Positions 25,161-37,398 of a stretch of DNA of 64,000 nucleotides are shown piece by piece; positions within the stretch are counted from its first letter, which is position 1, and each line of letters begins with the position of its first letter. Source of the DNA: Anthoceros angustus (Eukaryota; Plantae; Anthocerotophyta). A model generated the notes under the pieces. That model was given only the letters and a program-made list of their open reading frames with translations. It searched no databases and was not told where the DNA came from. The position numbers and the translations under genes were made by a program. The stretch is taken from the NCBI GenBank assembly GCA_010909165.1, contig MU008169.1, positions 558,001 through 622,000 on the forward strand, read 5' to 3'.

Positions 25161-26400
25161 AGCTCACCCCTCTCCCAAAGATCGAAAACCTCGTCCACCC
25201 GTGTCCACACATGAGGCGGGACACTAGCAATGCATAGCACGGCAGTTTTCTGGTCGACAAGTCGCTGCATTTCTTCCCGATCTGATGCGTCGCCGATGAC
25301 GCCTAGCATCCGATATAGATTGTACTTCCAATCCATTGTAATGCTAATACCCTCTTAGCGATTTTCATTTCATCGTGAATATACGGACTTGCTCAATGAA
25401 AGACATCCTCTTAGAAATGCCTTGACATTGTGATCGTGGCCGACACGCATCTGCACAGGTTAAGCATATATATGAGCTTCCATATCGGAAGTGTGAGTTC
25501 TCCGGGTCTTCTGCGTCGTTGGAAGCATAGAAGCCGTGGTTCCCACCAATACTCCCATGGTGTCTGCTGCCTTTTCAACTTGTCTTTGTCAAAGACCTCT
25601 CACGCACTCCTTGGATCGATCATACATAGCAGGAAGTACTCCCTCTTGCAGGGTCCCTTTTAATTTCCGGAGAAGATGTTTTCCCCATGATTCATCCACT
25701 CTTGGATCGGCGTCACGAGTAATGTAGTCTGCGCTTCTCAACTTGGTGATGGCAACCATATCCGTATGCGGAATGCACCTCTTTTGTCTTGACTCTCGAA
25801 TTTGATGTAACGGGTCCTTATCTTTGTTGGGCTCGCTCCACTCACGTTGTCGTCGGCCTGACTTTGGTGATGGCGACGTCGCTGGTGTCTCGTCAATGTC
25901 ATTACTCCTTCCTCTTTTTCCTGCTTTTGGTTTACCTTTCGTCCTTGCAGGTGAAACTGGAACATCCGCGTCTACCTCCTTCGAGGTTGGTTGTACACGG
26001 GCTCGCTCCTTCACAGATTCTTTGACCCTACTGTCCAAACTTTGTAGAAGCTGCTGGGCATCGTCCAATGCATGGCGATTCTTCGGGACATTTGACGAAC
26101 GTTTTGAGCCCCCCTCGCTATGTATATCCTCTCTGTTGTTGTCGTGGGCTTCAACTCGCCGGTTGTATGCATCTCTTCGTCCTCAACATCTTCATTTGCG
26201 GTTTCATGCTCTTCATATTCGCACTATCGTCATCCGAATATCTATACTGCTGGCAAGTACCTCTGTTTCTGTTCCATTGAATCGTCATCGAATTTCCCAT
26301 ATTGGAGCGGTGATGGCGGTGCTTTGGTGGTGGTTCTGAGCTTTTCCTAGCCTCTCCATCGCTATCTCGGAGGATCGCTTTCAAGCTTGTTCGCCATCTT
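22500..26400 (-). CDS. Multidomain gene with a C-terminal beta-class N4C/N6A DNA methyltransferase-like domain (frameshifted, partly duplicated; 5' and 3' limits approximate)
   Basis: VITGDIREMAAYLGKREYKSLV(V/A)DLPRGNLSETWD (motif III-IV-like, 23300-23420 and 24090-24190); SPYQKPIGLMVTLYDLFT (22907-22960); then EWVIDGCSGSG.GILAAFEGRN.IVD (motif I) after correcting about 3 single-base losses. Confidence 0.7.
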
Positions 26401-26539
26401 CATCATCATCAACCCGAACTATTTCTTTTGGACAACGCCAAAGATAGTCCCGAATATGCATCACAAAGACAACCACGCCTCCATTAACCGGATGCATCAA
26501 CCGAAACATCCTTTGTTGACGGTACACAAAGGCGGGCAC

Positions 26540-27310
26540 CGGTCCTCGCGCGCACTGCGCGCGCGCGCGCGCATGCGCGCATGCGCACAAGTGCGCGCAT
26601 GCGCACAAGTGCGCGCATGCGCGCACAAGTGCGCGCCGCAAGCATGCGCGCTTGTGCGCGCGCGTCCGTGCGCACTGCGCGCACTGCGCGCACAGTGCGC
26701 GCGCGCGCATGCGCGCATGCGCGCCTCGCATGCGCGCAGCGCGCGCGTGCGGCGCGCGCACTGCGCGCGCGCGCATGCGCGCACAAGTGCGCGCGCGCGC
26801 ATGCGGCGCTGCGCGCACTGTGCGCCTCCTCATGCGCGCATGCGGCGCCATGGCGGCGTGCGCGCACGGCGCGCGCGCACTTGCGCGCAGGCGCGTGCGG
26901 CGCAAGGCGGGCACGGCCCCTCGCCCCCGCACTTCCGGACGGACGGGTCGCATGCGCACAAGCGCGCGCACAAGTGCGCGCACAAGTGCGCGCGCTGCGC
27001 GCACAAGTGCGCGCGCGACGATGCGCGCATGCGGCGCATGCTCGTGCGCGCACAAGTGCGCGCAAGTGCGCGCGCGCGTGCGGCGCGCGCATGCGCGCGC
27101 ACGTGCCAGGCGCGCATGCGGCGCACTAGTGCGCGCGCGCGCGCGCATGCGCGCGCGCATGCGCACAAGTGCGCCGCGGGGTCCTCGCATGCGCGCGCGC
27201 TGCGCGCACTGCGCGCGCGCGCGGCCCATGCGCGCAAGTGCGCGTGATGCGCGGCGTGCGCGCGCGGCGCAAGTGCGCGCCGGGTTCTCATGGTACCCGG
27301 TGCGGCGCGC
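26540..27310. repeat. Very GC-rich alternating purine-pyrimidine tract (GCGC/GCAT/GCAC)
   Basis: Composed of gcgcgcgcatgcgc, gcacaagtgcgc and gcactgcgc units; self-complementary. Confidence 0.92.
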
Positions 27311-28469
27311 GCCGATGCATCTCCCACAGGCTGCGGTGATGGTGCAATCACGAAAAAGTGGGTGATCGATTCTCTTCGTCTACATACCTTGTCACTTGTC
27401 ATGGCGGCGTCCAGTCCACTTCGCAGGTCTTGGGTATTGCATCGCCTTGGAATCAGCTTGTCCGCACTCAATACCCGGTGTGATGTGATTAGAATTCCTC
27501 AAAAGAACTTCTCCTCATTGTGCATATCAAGAGTTTGATTACGCATTGCGGCGGACTTCATACTTCCAAGCCCATAGAATGTACCCAACCACAATCTTGT
27601 CCTCAACGCATCCATATACCCGTTCACCCAGGCGGGATGGGATCAAAATTCTCCTGTGTAGAGTCGGTTCCTTCTTCATGTATGCACCATTCCTTGTCCG
27701 GTAGCCCATACGATAGATCTGCAAATCTCGATCACATTTTTCTCACCAGAGAAAGGATTCTCCAATGTGGTCCAGCACAATCCGATATCATCGAAAAATT
27801 TTGATGCCTGTCATCCGGCCTGATGCTCCTTGCTTGGCTTGGGCCTCGTGTGATGTCCCTTGTGAAGGCCCACTCTTCCTATCGGATGCTCCTTGTGGGA
27901 GGAGAGTCGACTTTACGGTGATGGTGCGGATGTTGGTGGTTCATGACCACCACCGAACCTCCTCTGCACTCTTCCGCTTCCTAAGCTCGCCCTTCGACAT
28001 TGGCTTGTCCTTTTGCGTTTTGGAGGTTTGGGCTGAGGTTGAGGCTCTACAAAGTTGGCCTGTTTTGCACGCACTTGCCCCTGTGGGATGGACATGTCAG
28101 TCAACCGCAGATGCACACGTCAAGCATTAGAGGAAAACGGAGGCACCCAACCATGCGGAAAGAATGGAATGTTGAAGTTGTCTTCATTTCATGAAACAAG
28201 CCAAATTATAGATCCGAAACCGCTATTTCGGGCTCCCTTTACGAAGGCTCTTCTTCACAAGCCTTCTTCTTCACAGCTCCTTTCCCGCCACAAACGCGAC
28301 ACTCAAAGACAACCAAGCAAGGCATGCCACAAGCAAACACGGGTGCCTTCCACCCAAGCACCAAGGCTCACCCAAACACGGGTGCCTTTCACACCAAGCA
28401 CCAAGGGTGCATAACATAAGCGCCGCACGACACACAGCCGCACCACACCAACACGCGACAGGGTTTTGT

Positions 28470-29420
28470 CACCACATTTTGCATACATGTCACAACCGCA
28501 GATGCACACGTCGAAGACTACACAGCGACGCTGCGCTCAACCAGCCACCGATTCAAAGCACACAACTCATGCCCAACACGCGGATTCCTTGTCACGAGAG
28601 ACCTCAAGTCGCAGATGCACATGGGAGATGCACATGGAGATGCACGCCTCAAGCGCCTCTTGGCCAAGCTGTCAAAACGCCGCAATCGCTCAAGCAAGGC
28701 ATGTCGCCGCAGATTCGCATCGAAAACGCGGATTCCTTGTCAGAGACCCTCAAGTCGCAGATGCATGGGAGATGCACGCAAGAGCACCGAAGTCGCCCAC
28801 CGCGCGCTTCTCCTCTCACATGTGCGCATCCACCACGATTCTCGCAACCGCGGATGCCTTGTGTCCGAAAACGCCGCAATCGCTCAAGCAAGAGGGCACC
28901 AGAACGCTATGTCTTCCCTATGTCGCTGCTCAACCAGCCACCGATTCAAAGCACACAACTCATGCCCAACGCGGATTCCTTGTCACGGAGACCCTCAAGT
29001 CGCAGATGCACATGGGAGATGCACGCTGCAGAGCACACGAAGTCGCCCACCGCGCGCTCTTCCTATCTCACATGTGCGCATCCCCACGATTCTCGTGCAA
29101 AACCGCGGATGCCTTGTGTTGAAAACGCCGCAATCGCTCAAGCAAGGCGGACACCGAGCGCTTGCGGTCTTCCTATGTCGCTGCGCTCAACCAGCCACCG
29201 ATTCAAAGCACAACAACTCACCGATTCCTTGTCAGAGACCCTCAAGTCGCATGGGAGATGCCGCCAGCACGAAGTCGCCCAGCAGCGGCAGCGCTCTCAC
29301 ATGTGCACGATTGTCAGCGGATGCCTTGTGTCGACTCAAGCCGCACCGCGCGCTCGCAGTGCTCAACCAGCAAGCGCATGCCCTAAGCGCGATGCAAAAT
29401 CTCCTGCAGCTCAAGTGGTT
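28470..29420. repeat. Degenerate tandem repeat array (about 150-250 bp units)
   Basis: Recurrent ctcaaccagccaccgattcaaagcac..., ccctcaagtcgcagatgcacatgggagatgca. Confidence 0.85.
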
Positions 29421-29721
29421 ATAATGGTTAGTTACGTTAAGTTTGGTTAAGAAAGTTGATGTTACTTAGGCGGAAGGAATCTCAAACTTGCCTAACCGTG
29501 GGTTAACTAAGGTTGAAGGTTAGGTTAGGGTTTCCGTTATAGCCCTTATTTCAAGCGAACGCTTTGGTAATTAACATTGGCGGCTACTATAACGGGTTAA
29601 ACCCGCCACCATAATCATGTATGCATATTTTAACGTTCAAACAGATGGACAAACTCCATAGTACGCAGCACTTCTTCGTCTCATAGTTGCGGACCGGTGC
29701 TCCGTTTGAAGGAGCGGTGAA

Positions 29722-32400
29722 ATGCAGCGCTTCTCCATCCTACTCGTGCGGTCGGAGTCGGGCGAATGGAAACCATGTGGCACATCTGAAAATGTTTCAC
29801 GAATTGATGTTTTTCAGTGCATCGCCTTCGTGTGCGTCGTGCGGAAGATTGAGAAGGTGACAATCATGGACACCACTCCAGCATGGAAGGCATCGGAAGG
29901 TCTCATCGATACAACTCCGTTGAAGAAGGGAGAGGAGGTAGGCCAAGCATTCGGATACCACGCCAAATCCGGACATTAGGAGCAGTGAAGATGGAATGCG
30001 GGAAATTGTTTCTTCATCGCTCCATGGAGGAGGTCGGAATGATGGGACCGAATTTTGCGGGAAGGAGGATGCGGCAACACCGCAGGTGGCATCCAGCCGA
30101 GCCTTTCACAGAATCCTCGAGTCCACATTGTCCGGTGAAGCGTAGACATTATCCAAGCCGAGATTGAAGAGGACCATGAATGCGGCGTTGAAGAAATACA
30201 CAACGCATGGTCTTCGCATTGTCAGAAGCGCAGTTGTTTCTTTGCAATTGGGAAAGAAGAATATAGAGAGCCTCGGATATCGCTTCAGGATTGCCTCGAA
30301 ACGGGGAAATATATTTGCAAGGATTGCTCGAGGTAGAACAAGCAACCTATCTTGGTATAATGTTCTCAATTTTCTCCGGAGACAACAGTTGCAATGTTGT
30401 GTCAAGTTTCGGAAAAGTGTTACGCATTGGATGGCGGAGGTATGAACATTTGAAGCAGTACTAACGAACACACCATGGTCATCGAATTGAAGTTCCAAGG
30501 ACGCCCAATCAAGATCATGTTCGGAATGCATTGCTTGGATGGAAAAGTTTTTCAAGCTAACTGACGCATGCCCAATGTTTGTTTTTAACTTGCCGATTCA
30601 TATACCAAAGGAGAGATATTCCGGGACTACAAGCGGGAGGTTTCAAGAGCTGGGTTGACCAACGTCTCTCATTCTCACCGCCTTATGGAAGAAACATTTT
30701 CCAAAAGTGAAGATACCAAAAGTGTAGTCGTTTTCAAAATCGTCCAATGCGAAGCGTTGAAGAATATCGAGATGACCAGAACCGACAAGAACAAGGTATT
30801 TCATATCCGAGTTTCCTTTTGACTTCCATGGAATCATGAGCACTCAGTGCCTCTTGTCTCGTGCTTGTTCTGCGGTGCGCGCGCACCGCCAGGCGAAGCG
30901 TGCGCTGGCTCGCGCATTCACAACAGGAGGTAGCGAGCGGAAGGAAATGGGGTGCGCGCGACTTGTGCGCGCTCCCATCAGTGCGCATTTGTGCGCGATC
31001 GGTGCGCGCACTTGCGCGCGCCGCCTGGCTGCTCTTACGCGCGGCGGTGCGCGACTTGTGCGCGCATTTGTGCGCGCATTTGTGCGCGCATCGCGCCGCG
31101 GTCGTCATCAGTGGGTCCATGCGCTGCGCGCGCATTTGTGCGCGCACGGTGCGGTCGGGTCCATGCGGCCGTCGCGAGACCAAGGACAACGTTCGACCAA
31201 GTGATCCATTTTGTCGTGAGAGGTCCATGAGCGGCATCTTCGTCAACATCGGTCGGCGATCCGGCGGGGCGACTAAAACTTGCAAAACATCGTTTGAAGT
31301 GTAAAGGCCGAGCAAATACATTGGTATGGCGATAGACGGATGGACCAAAGCAAGGCGGAGCTCCACATTTTCTGCCTCAAAGGATTTTGCGATGGTCTCA
31401 TCCGGTCCATGTTGTGGGTTGTTTGGTATACAACAACATTATGAAGACCGGTGTATGTGAACTTCCGAATATTGAAGCAGCGCCAACTTAACTATTCATA
31501 TCATCCGGGATGTTATTCTCACATATGAGATGGTTACGCGAAGACGTTTTACTTGCAACCTGGACAACACGGCGGAGAAAACAAGAATATGTTGTTGTTT
31601 GCATACTTGAGTATGCTTGTCGAGAAGCGGGTCTTGATAAGGTGAAGGTGGGCTTCCTTCTTGTCGGGCACACACATGATGCATTGACCAAATGTTCTCG
31701 TGCTTTTCTAAAAGCCTCGTGCACAAAAAGCAATGTCACTCGAAACCCTTATGAGTTTGCTTCATCGCTTATACACCCAATCCAAGTGAAAATGGTTTAG
31801 GTGGCCGATTTGAGCTTTCGGCCCAATGGGATGGGTAAAAGAGGACACGAGATGCGTGTAAGGAATTTGCACAATCATAGTTATCGACATCAATTCAAAA
31901 TTTCAAGGGAAGAAAGAGTGCCCTTATATGATTCTTCGTGGCAAGGCACTTTCTACTTGTTCACATTGGGAACCGTTGGAGGGTTTGGAGTTCCTTGAGA
32001 ATACAGAAGCAGATATAAGGGGCGCCTTTATGTCCACTTCAAGCGCATGGCAAACCTGGGCCGACGCATAAATCATTGGACCATTAGGAAAGCCTCGAAG
32101 AACCGATGCAAAAATATCTATCTCCGGAAGACAAAGTATGGTGGAACTCGGGCATCACGATCGATATTTGCGACAAAATCGGAGGAGGAGTCCATCGAGA
32201 TCTTCAAAAGCATGGGAGTGGTACACAGGGGGCGGTGGCGGAACTTAAATCCCATCGACGTTCGGATGTCTTTGTCATTCGGCTCGATTCGCGAACCACC
32301 GCAGCGTCACATGTATGTCGGAATTTTAGGCCACGGGAGCGCGGCCATCGAGTTGGCGAGATTCGATGGAGATGTGTCCGAGATCGACGAGGCCATATGA
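29722..32400 (+). CDS. Sola1-like (DUF7869-type) DDE transposase, frameshifted, interrupted by a GC repeat
   Basis: WMEKFFK..D.CP..LP..KE; LWKKHFPKVKIPK; IDG(M)DQSK.ELPHF (31332-31365); LQLDNT..ENKNMLLFAYLSMLV; VGFLLVGHTHD..DQMFS (31553-31700); read across single-base indels. Confidence 0.75.
30860..31150. repeat. GCGC/GCAT/GCAC tract inside the transposase gene (possible intron)
   Basis: Same unit vocabulary as 26540-27310, largely in inverted orientation. Confidence 0.8.
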
Positions 32401-33864
32401 TTGCGTCCCATGTGAGGCGATCGAGCAGGCCTTTGGATTGCGAAGTGGATTTCTTATGTGAACCTTACCTAGTTGTCCGTGGTGGGTGACAGAGAATAGC
32501 AATGCGTTTGAGGAAGGTACCTACGGAGGAGATATTGGCTCCACACAATGATAGAGAGGGTTTGCGACACGGAGGCGACCCAAGCACTGGATCATTGTTG
32601 ATATCGGAGACATTTATTTTGGCATCTGGGTTCTCGTTTGCAAGGGATAGCACTCTACAAGTCCGTACAGTGAGCTTATCAAGACAAAGCTTCGAACTTC
32701 AACATCTACCACCGTGGAAGAAGGTGAGGTTGAAGATAACATGAGACCACCAAGTTCGAGGAGATGCATTGGAGGAAAATGATGATTTGGACGAAAATCG
32801 CGATGGTGTGTAGTTAAGCTGGTGATGCGAGACATCCGACTTCGATTCGGCCAATCGCGACAAGAACCCATGGCGAGAACAGCAGGCGGGACTCGGAACT
32901 TTTGAAGGCATGTTTGATGATGATCCGGCACAAGGTCACCGTCGAAGGAGGCGGAAACACCGTAGAGGATAGAAAGGTGATAGGGTATTCTTTGTACCTT
33001 TAGGGCATAGGGTAGATAGATGAGACTTGTCTATGTGGACGTCCGATTTGTGCAACTTCTTATGTAAATGCGGGCTTCCGCCACATCCACAGACCTCAAG
33101 AAGACATATTTCCTCGATCGAATGATATATTCCTAGTTTTCTTTTGCCTTGTGCGCGCACAAGTTTCATACCCTTGTTTAGGCGCGCACTTATGCGCCTA
33201 GCCCCACTTGGTATACAAAACATATAGAACCACACAAATTGAAGAAACTCGACATGCCGAAATTATGGAAGAATTCTCATTCATCACACCGACAAAGTAT
33301 CCATGCACACGAGTGCAAGGCGCCATCGGGTGGAAATGACCGACAGAAGTGGTCCCGAGCCGAGAATGCCCGAATCCGATGGATCAACACCTACAAAACT
33401 TAACAAAAACCAGCCCAACTTCGGTTTTTTGCGGAATAGGGTTGGGATTTTTTCCAAAACCCCTTTTGACAGGAGAAACCCCTACAGACGCTGTTCTTTG
33501 CTTTCCATGTTGTGAGATGTGACCTCTTCATCATCACGATCTGATGATGTTGCAGCATGCAGTACGCCAAGCCGAGTGCTATGGATCGTCGTAACAATGA
33601 TCTCGGTGGTTTCTACTTCGTTGGTCGGACCCGATTGCTCTGACGCATGTTCAACGTCGATGGGCTGTGACTCTGGTTCCATGCCACTACCCGATGGGAC
33701 ATGGCCAACCAATGAGGCTGCTTGTAACACGAAATCATCATTCATTTAATGGGACCAGTCAACAGGTGTGGAGCATGGTCAATGACTACAACCTGCCAAT
33801 GCAGTAGCCCCACAGTAGCACATCATTGAACATTAAAATCGCGTGATCGTCTATGCTGGCTGAC

Positions 33865-36800
33865 TCATGGCTCGAGCTCGCTATCCCATCGTTGTGGTAC
33901 TTCAGTACATATTACCCAGCCTTTCCGCCTTGGCATAACATCTGGATGGGCCAGCACTTGATTTAAATGCTTGGGGAAGGCAAACGGCCCCACTTTGCTA
34001 TTGCGCCCATATGTGTATAGTTTAGTGGTATCAACAGCCATGAACCCACTGAAGTCTTCCTCCATGCTCCGGGGGCAATTAGTGGTTCTGCATTCATACC
34101 ACTTCACATTAAAGACATAAGCTTGTAGCTCACTGATATCAAACTCCACATCAATGATCTCTTCAATATGGCCAAAGAACTGTTTTGTATTATCATCCAT
34201 ATCGAATTTGCCTTGCACCCAGCTGTCCTAGGTTGCAACTCGATGGCTGTCTCCTGCCATTGTATGATGGTGGAACCCCATGGTCTCGAAACCCTGGTAT
34301 GTATTTACTGAGAGTCGTGGCCCACTGACAATAGACTCGATGGCACTATAAGCAGGTAAATGTGCCCATCGGCAAACTTGCACGCCTTCTCACAACCAAT
34401 GTATGTCGTCCCCCTCATCCATATCATCCCGAATGGGGTCCATAATGGCAGAGTGCAATATAAAATACCAATGTAATCGCAAGTGGTCCTCGGCTTCAAG
34501 GGTCTTATGCGTTGCTTTACCAATGGGTCGTTCAACTACCCAATCATCTTTGGTGAAGTTAAATAGGTGTGCATGAACTGGAGCCTTCTCGCACAAGTAC
34601 TCGGCCGCAATGAGCATAGTTTCGGTTGCAAGGTACCTTGTTGCCATGCTTCTTTCAGGCCGAGCTTTTTGGCGCACGGCTTGTTTCAAGACATGCATAT
34701 GGCGTTCGAAGGGGTACATCCACCTACTATGTACTGGCCCATGAGTTTCAACCTCATCCACCAAGTGCATGATTAAATGTTGCATTGGATTCCATATGGT
34801 ACTCGGATAATACTTCTCTAATTTTATCATGATGTCAACCACCTTTGTCTTCATTGATGGTATGTCGCTGACCTTGATTGCCTTTTGACACAACCATCTA
34901 TAGATTGAGCTTAGGCCTATGAAGGCCTTGTATTTAGGATCGTCTAAATATCCTCGAAGGGCTATGGGTAGGAAATAATGCATTAATAAATGCCAATCAT
35001 GACTCTTGAGTCCAGTGACTTTGGCACCCTTAAAACATGTTCCCAAGCTTGATCCCATACCTGTAGGTGGCTTTATGCAACAAATCTCCTGTTTCACGGC
35101 TTCTAGATTTGCCCTGTGCAAAGTGTAACTTGCATGGGGCAAGTGTGCCTCATCATTGTCTTGAACTAGCTATAGCCATGGCTTGGAATCGGCATCTTCC
35201 AAGTCTACTCTCTCTTTCTGAGTATCTCCCTTTCCCATAAAAAGCTTCCAAAATACCTGGCAATTATTCACTTCAACATGCATTACATCTTTGAGCCACA
35301 TTTTGTGGGCCTGTGTCATATATGGCAAATGATCAATGAACCTAGATTTTCGCTTCACTCTCCATGCTTGAACATTTGCCCGCTCATCCGCTGTAGCATT
35401 TGCCCACCTGTCCATCTCTGCCACAATGTCTTGCACTGTGACTGGGACCGGGCGAGTCCTGTCCTCAATTTCATTATTGAAAAATTCTTGGTCTTCTCGG
35501 CGTCGAGGATCACGCATAGAGGTGGCCCACCTCCTGTTTCCATCGCAGATTAACTTCTCCAGTGCATGTGACCATCTTGGTTGCAGGCCATGCCCACAGT
35601 CTACACAACATCCATACCCGCGTACTTGTAAACCGAACAGGCTCCCAAGTCCAAGGTAATCACAGGTAGCATTCAACAATCAAGCCCGTAGGGTGAAATT
35701 GCGTGTTGGGTCCCCCAATGGTTTAGAGTGGTCCACAATAGGCACGCCTTTCCACAAGAGCGCTAGTTCTTGCAAAAGGGGTTCTAAATAAACGTCCATA
35801 TTCGCAACCTACTTCGGGCCGGGATCAATGATAGGCATAAGCAACCTGTGCCTCTTGGTAGCAATCCATGGCGCAAGGTTATGCAAGATCAATAAAACTG
35901 GCCAAATGGAATAAGCCGATGAACGGTGACCAGAGGGATTGATACCATCTGTGCAAATCCCAAGTCGGATGTTTCTATCCTCTCGCCCAAACCCATCAAT
36001 TTCATCAAGTCGTTTCCAGGCCGGGGTATCTGCCATAATCCTGAATTTTCCATCAGTGCTCTTATTCGAAGCAAACCAGGTCAACTCCTTTGCCGATTTC
36101 GCAATTCCAAAAAGCCTATGAAGGTGCTCAATGATTGGAAAGTGGAACAAGGTCTTGCGCGGGACTGTAGCTTCGGCCACACCAGCTCAATAACGAGGTT
36201 CCCCGCATGAAAGGCAGGTTGTTCCGCTTGCAATCTGCCCCCAAAAAATTGTGCAGTCCTTCACACAGGCATCGATCCTGCAAACAGTCTGTCCGACTCG
36301 CAACACAATCCGGCGTGCTTCCTGGTGAGTCGACGGTAAGCAATTATCCGGAGGCAGCATTGTGGAGGATAGCAGACCAAAGATTGCAGACATGGCAGTG
36401 TCTGATATGCGGAAGCGCTCTTGGATGAAGAATAAAGCCAAGGTGGCAGAGAGCCTACTTTGTTGCGATTTGCCAGGCTGCTTGCAATCCCAGAGCGGGA
36501 TGTTAGACTCAGCCTGAAGTGATGCTACGGAGTTGGGAACAGTGGCGGAAAGGAGGTAAGGGGGCACGCCACGACCACTATCACCCACGTCTTCCATGTT
36601 CGCAAAATCCTGGTCAGAAAATGCGCGGTCACTGTCACTCACCCCCGCTGCCTTCAAATCATGAATGCTGGAGGGAGCCTCATCAGGCTGACTCCTCAGA
36701 AGAGCACGGGCACCTCTTGCAATCCGGATCGGGCTTAGAGCAAGCCTACGTAAAAATAGATGCCCTTAGCTCATGACTCCCCAATGATCTACATCCAGAT

Positions 36801-36943
36801 GCTTCTGCAACAAAACGAAAGGGGCAGGGTTTGCCAATTTCCACCTCTGCGCGAAGCCTTTGCCACTTAACGACATGTTGGCGAGAGATGTCCGCTCGAA
36901 TTGTGTGGTTCCTCCCCTCGCAATCCGGGCAAGGACAATACAT
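33865..36943 (-). CDS. CACTA Tnp2/TnpD transposase (Transposase_21 with DUF4218- and DUF4216-like regions), frameshifted or spliced
   Basis: CPCPDC; IDACVKDC..CLSCGEPRY; ADTPAWK..RNIRLGICTDGINP..YSIWPV.L.LHNLAPW; KSHDWHLLM; HLVDEV..HGPVHSRWMYPFERHM; FFGHIEEII..VFNVKWY. Confidence 0.92.
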
Positions 36944-37398
36944 TGAAGGGATTTGACGGTGCTCGGGCGTATGGCTGGAAATTGCGCCCGCTTCCGGCGG
37001 GATTGGGGACGTGAGTTCGACGACTTACCCGCCGGCAAGGTACCGTTGGCGGATGGCCAACGGCTATTGCCATCGTACCACCCACCAAAACCCAACGGCC
37101 CCCTCTGTGCTCTGCCTGTTGCGGACCGTGCACTGAAATGGACAAGAACTGGGTATGACAGGTCACGTTCGGAAATTTGTTCCATGATGACCGGGCTCAT
37201 GGTGTGAAAAGACGCTGTGAAAGATGCAGGACTGAGGCCGTCTTTCTTGCCTTTTGACGTTCGCCTCGAGCATCTTTGGTTTCACTCACTGTCTTAAGTT
37301 TAAGATGTAGGAAACATGCTAAGCTGAACGTCTTAAGACCAACGTCTTAACGCAAGGTTTTTTGTAGTAGTGTCGTCGATCACCATCTCCAGCGAGAG

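Larger units (their letters stand above)
21630..33495 (+). mobile_element. Sola-like DNA transposon (about 11.9 kb) nested in the CACTA, carrying a transposase and a methyltransferase-like gene
   Basis: Termini AACAGCGTCTGT(+6 nt)AGGGGTTTCTCCTG and CAGGAGAAACCCCTACAGACGCTGTT; 4-bp TSD CTTT (21626-29, 33496-99). Removing it and the pogo leaves about 6.5 kb of CACTA. Confidence 0.72.
14775..37372 (-). mobile_element. CACTA/EnSpm DNA transposon (22.6 kb including two nested elements)
   Basis: Left CACTACTTCAAAAC at 14775; right GTTTTTTGTAGTAGTG ending 37372; TCG TSD on both sides (14772-74, 37373-75); subterminal TTAAGACG/CGTCTTAA motifs at both ends; Tnp2 and TnpA-like ORFs inside. Confidence 0.88.

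Noticed and set aside
26381-27471. Long AR/HA-rich ORFs on both strands
   Set aside because: Translation of the GCGC repeat tract.
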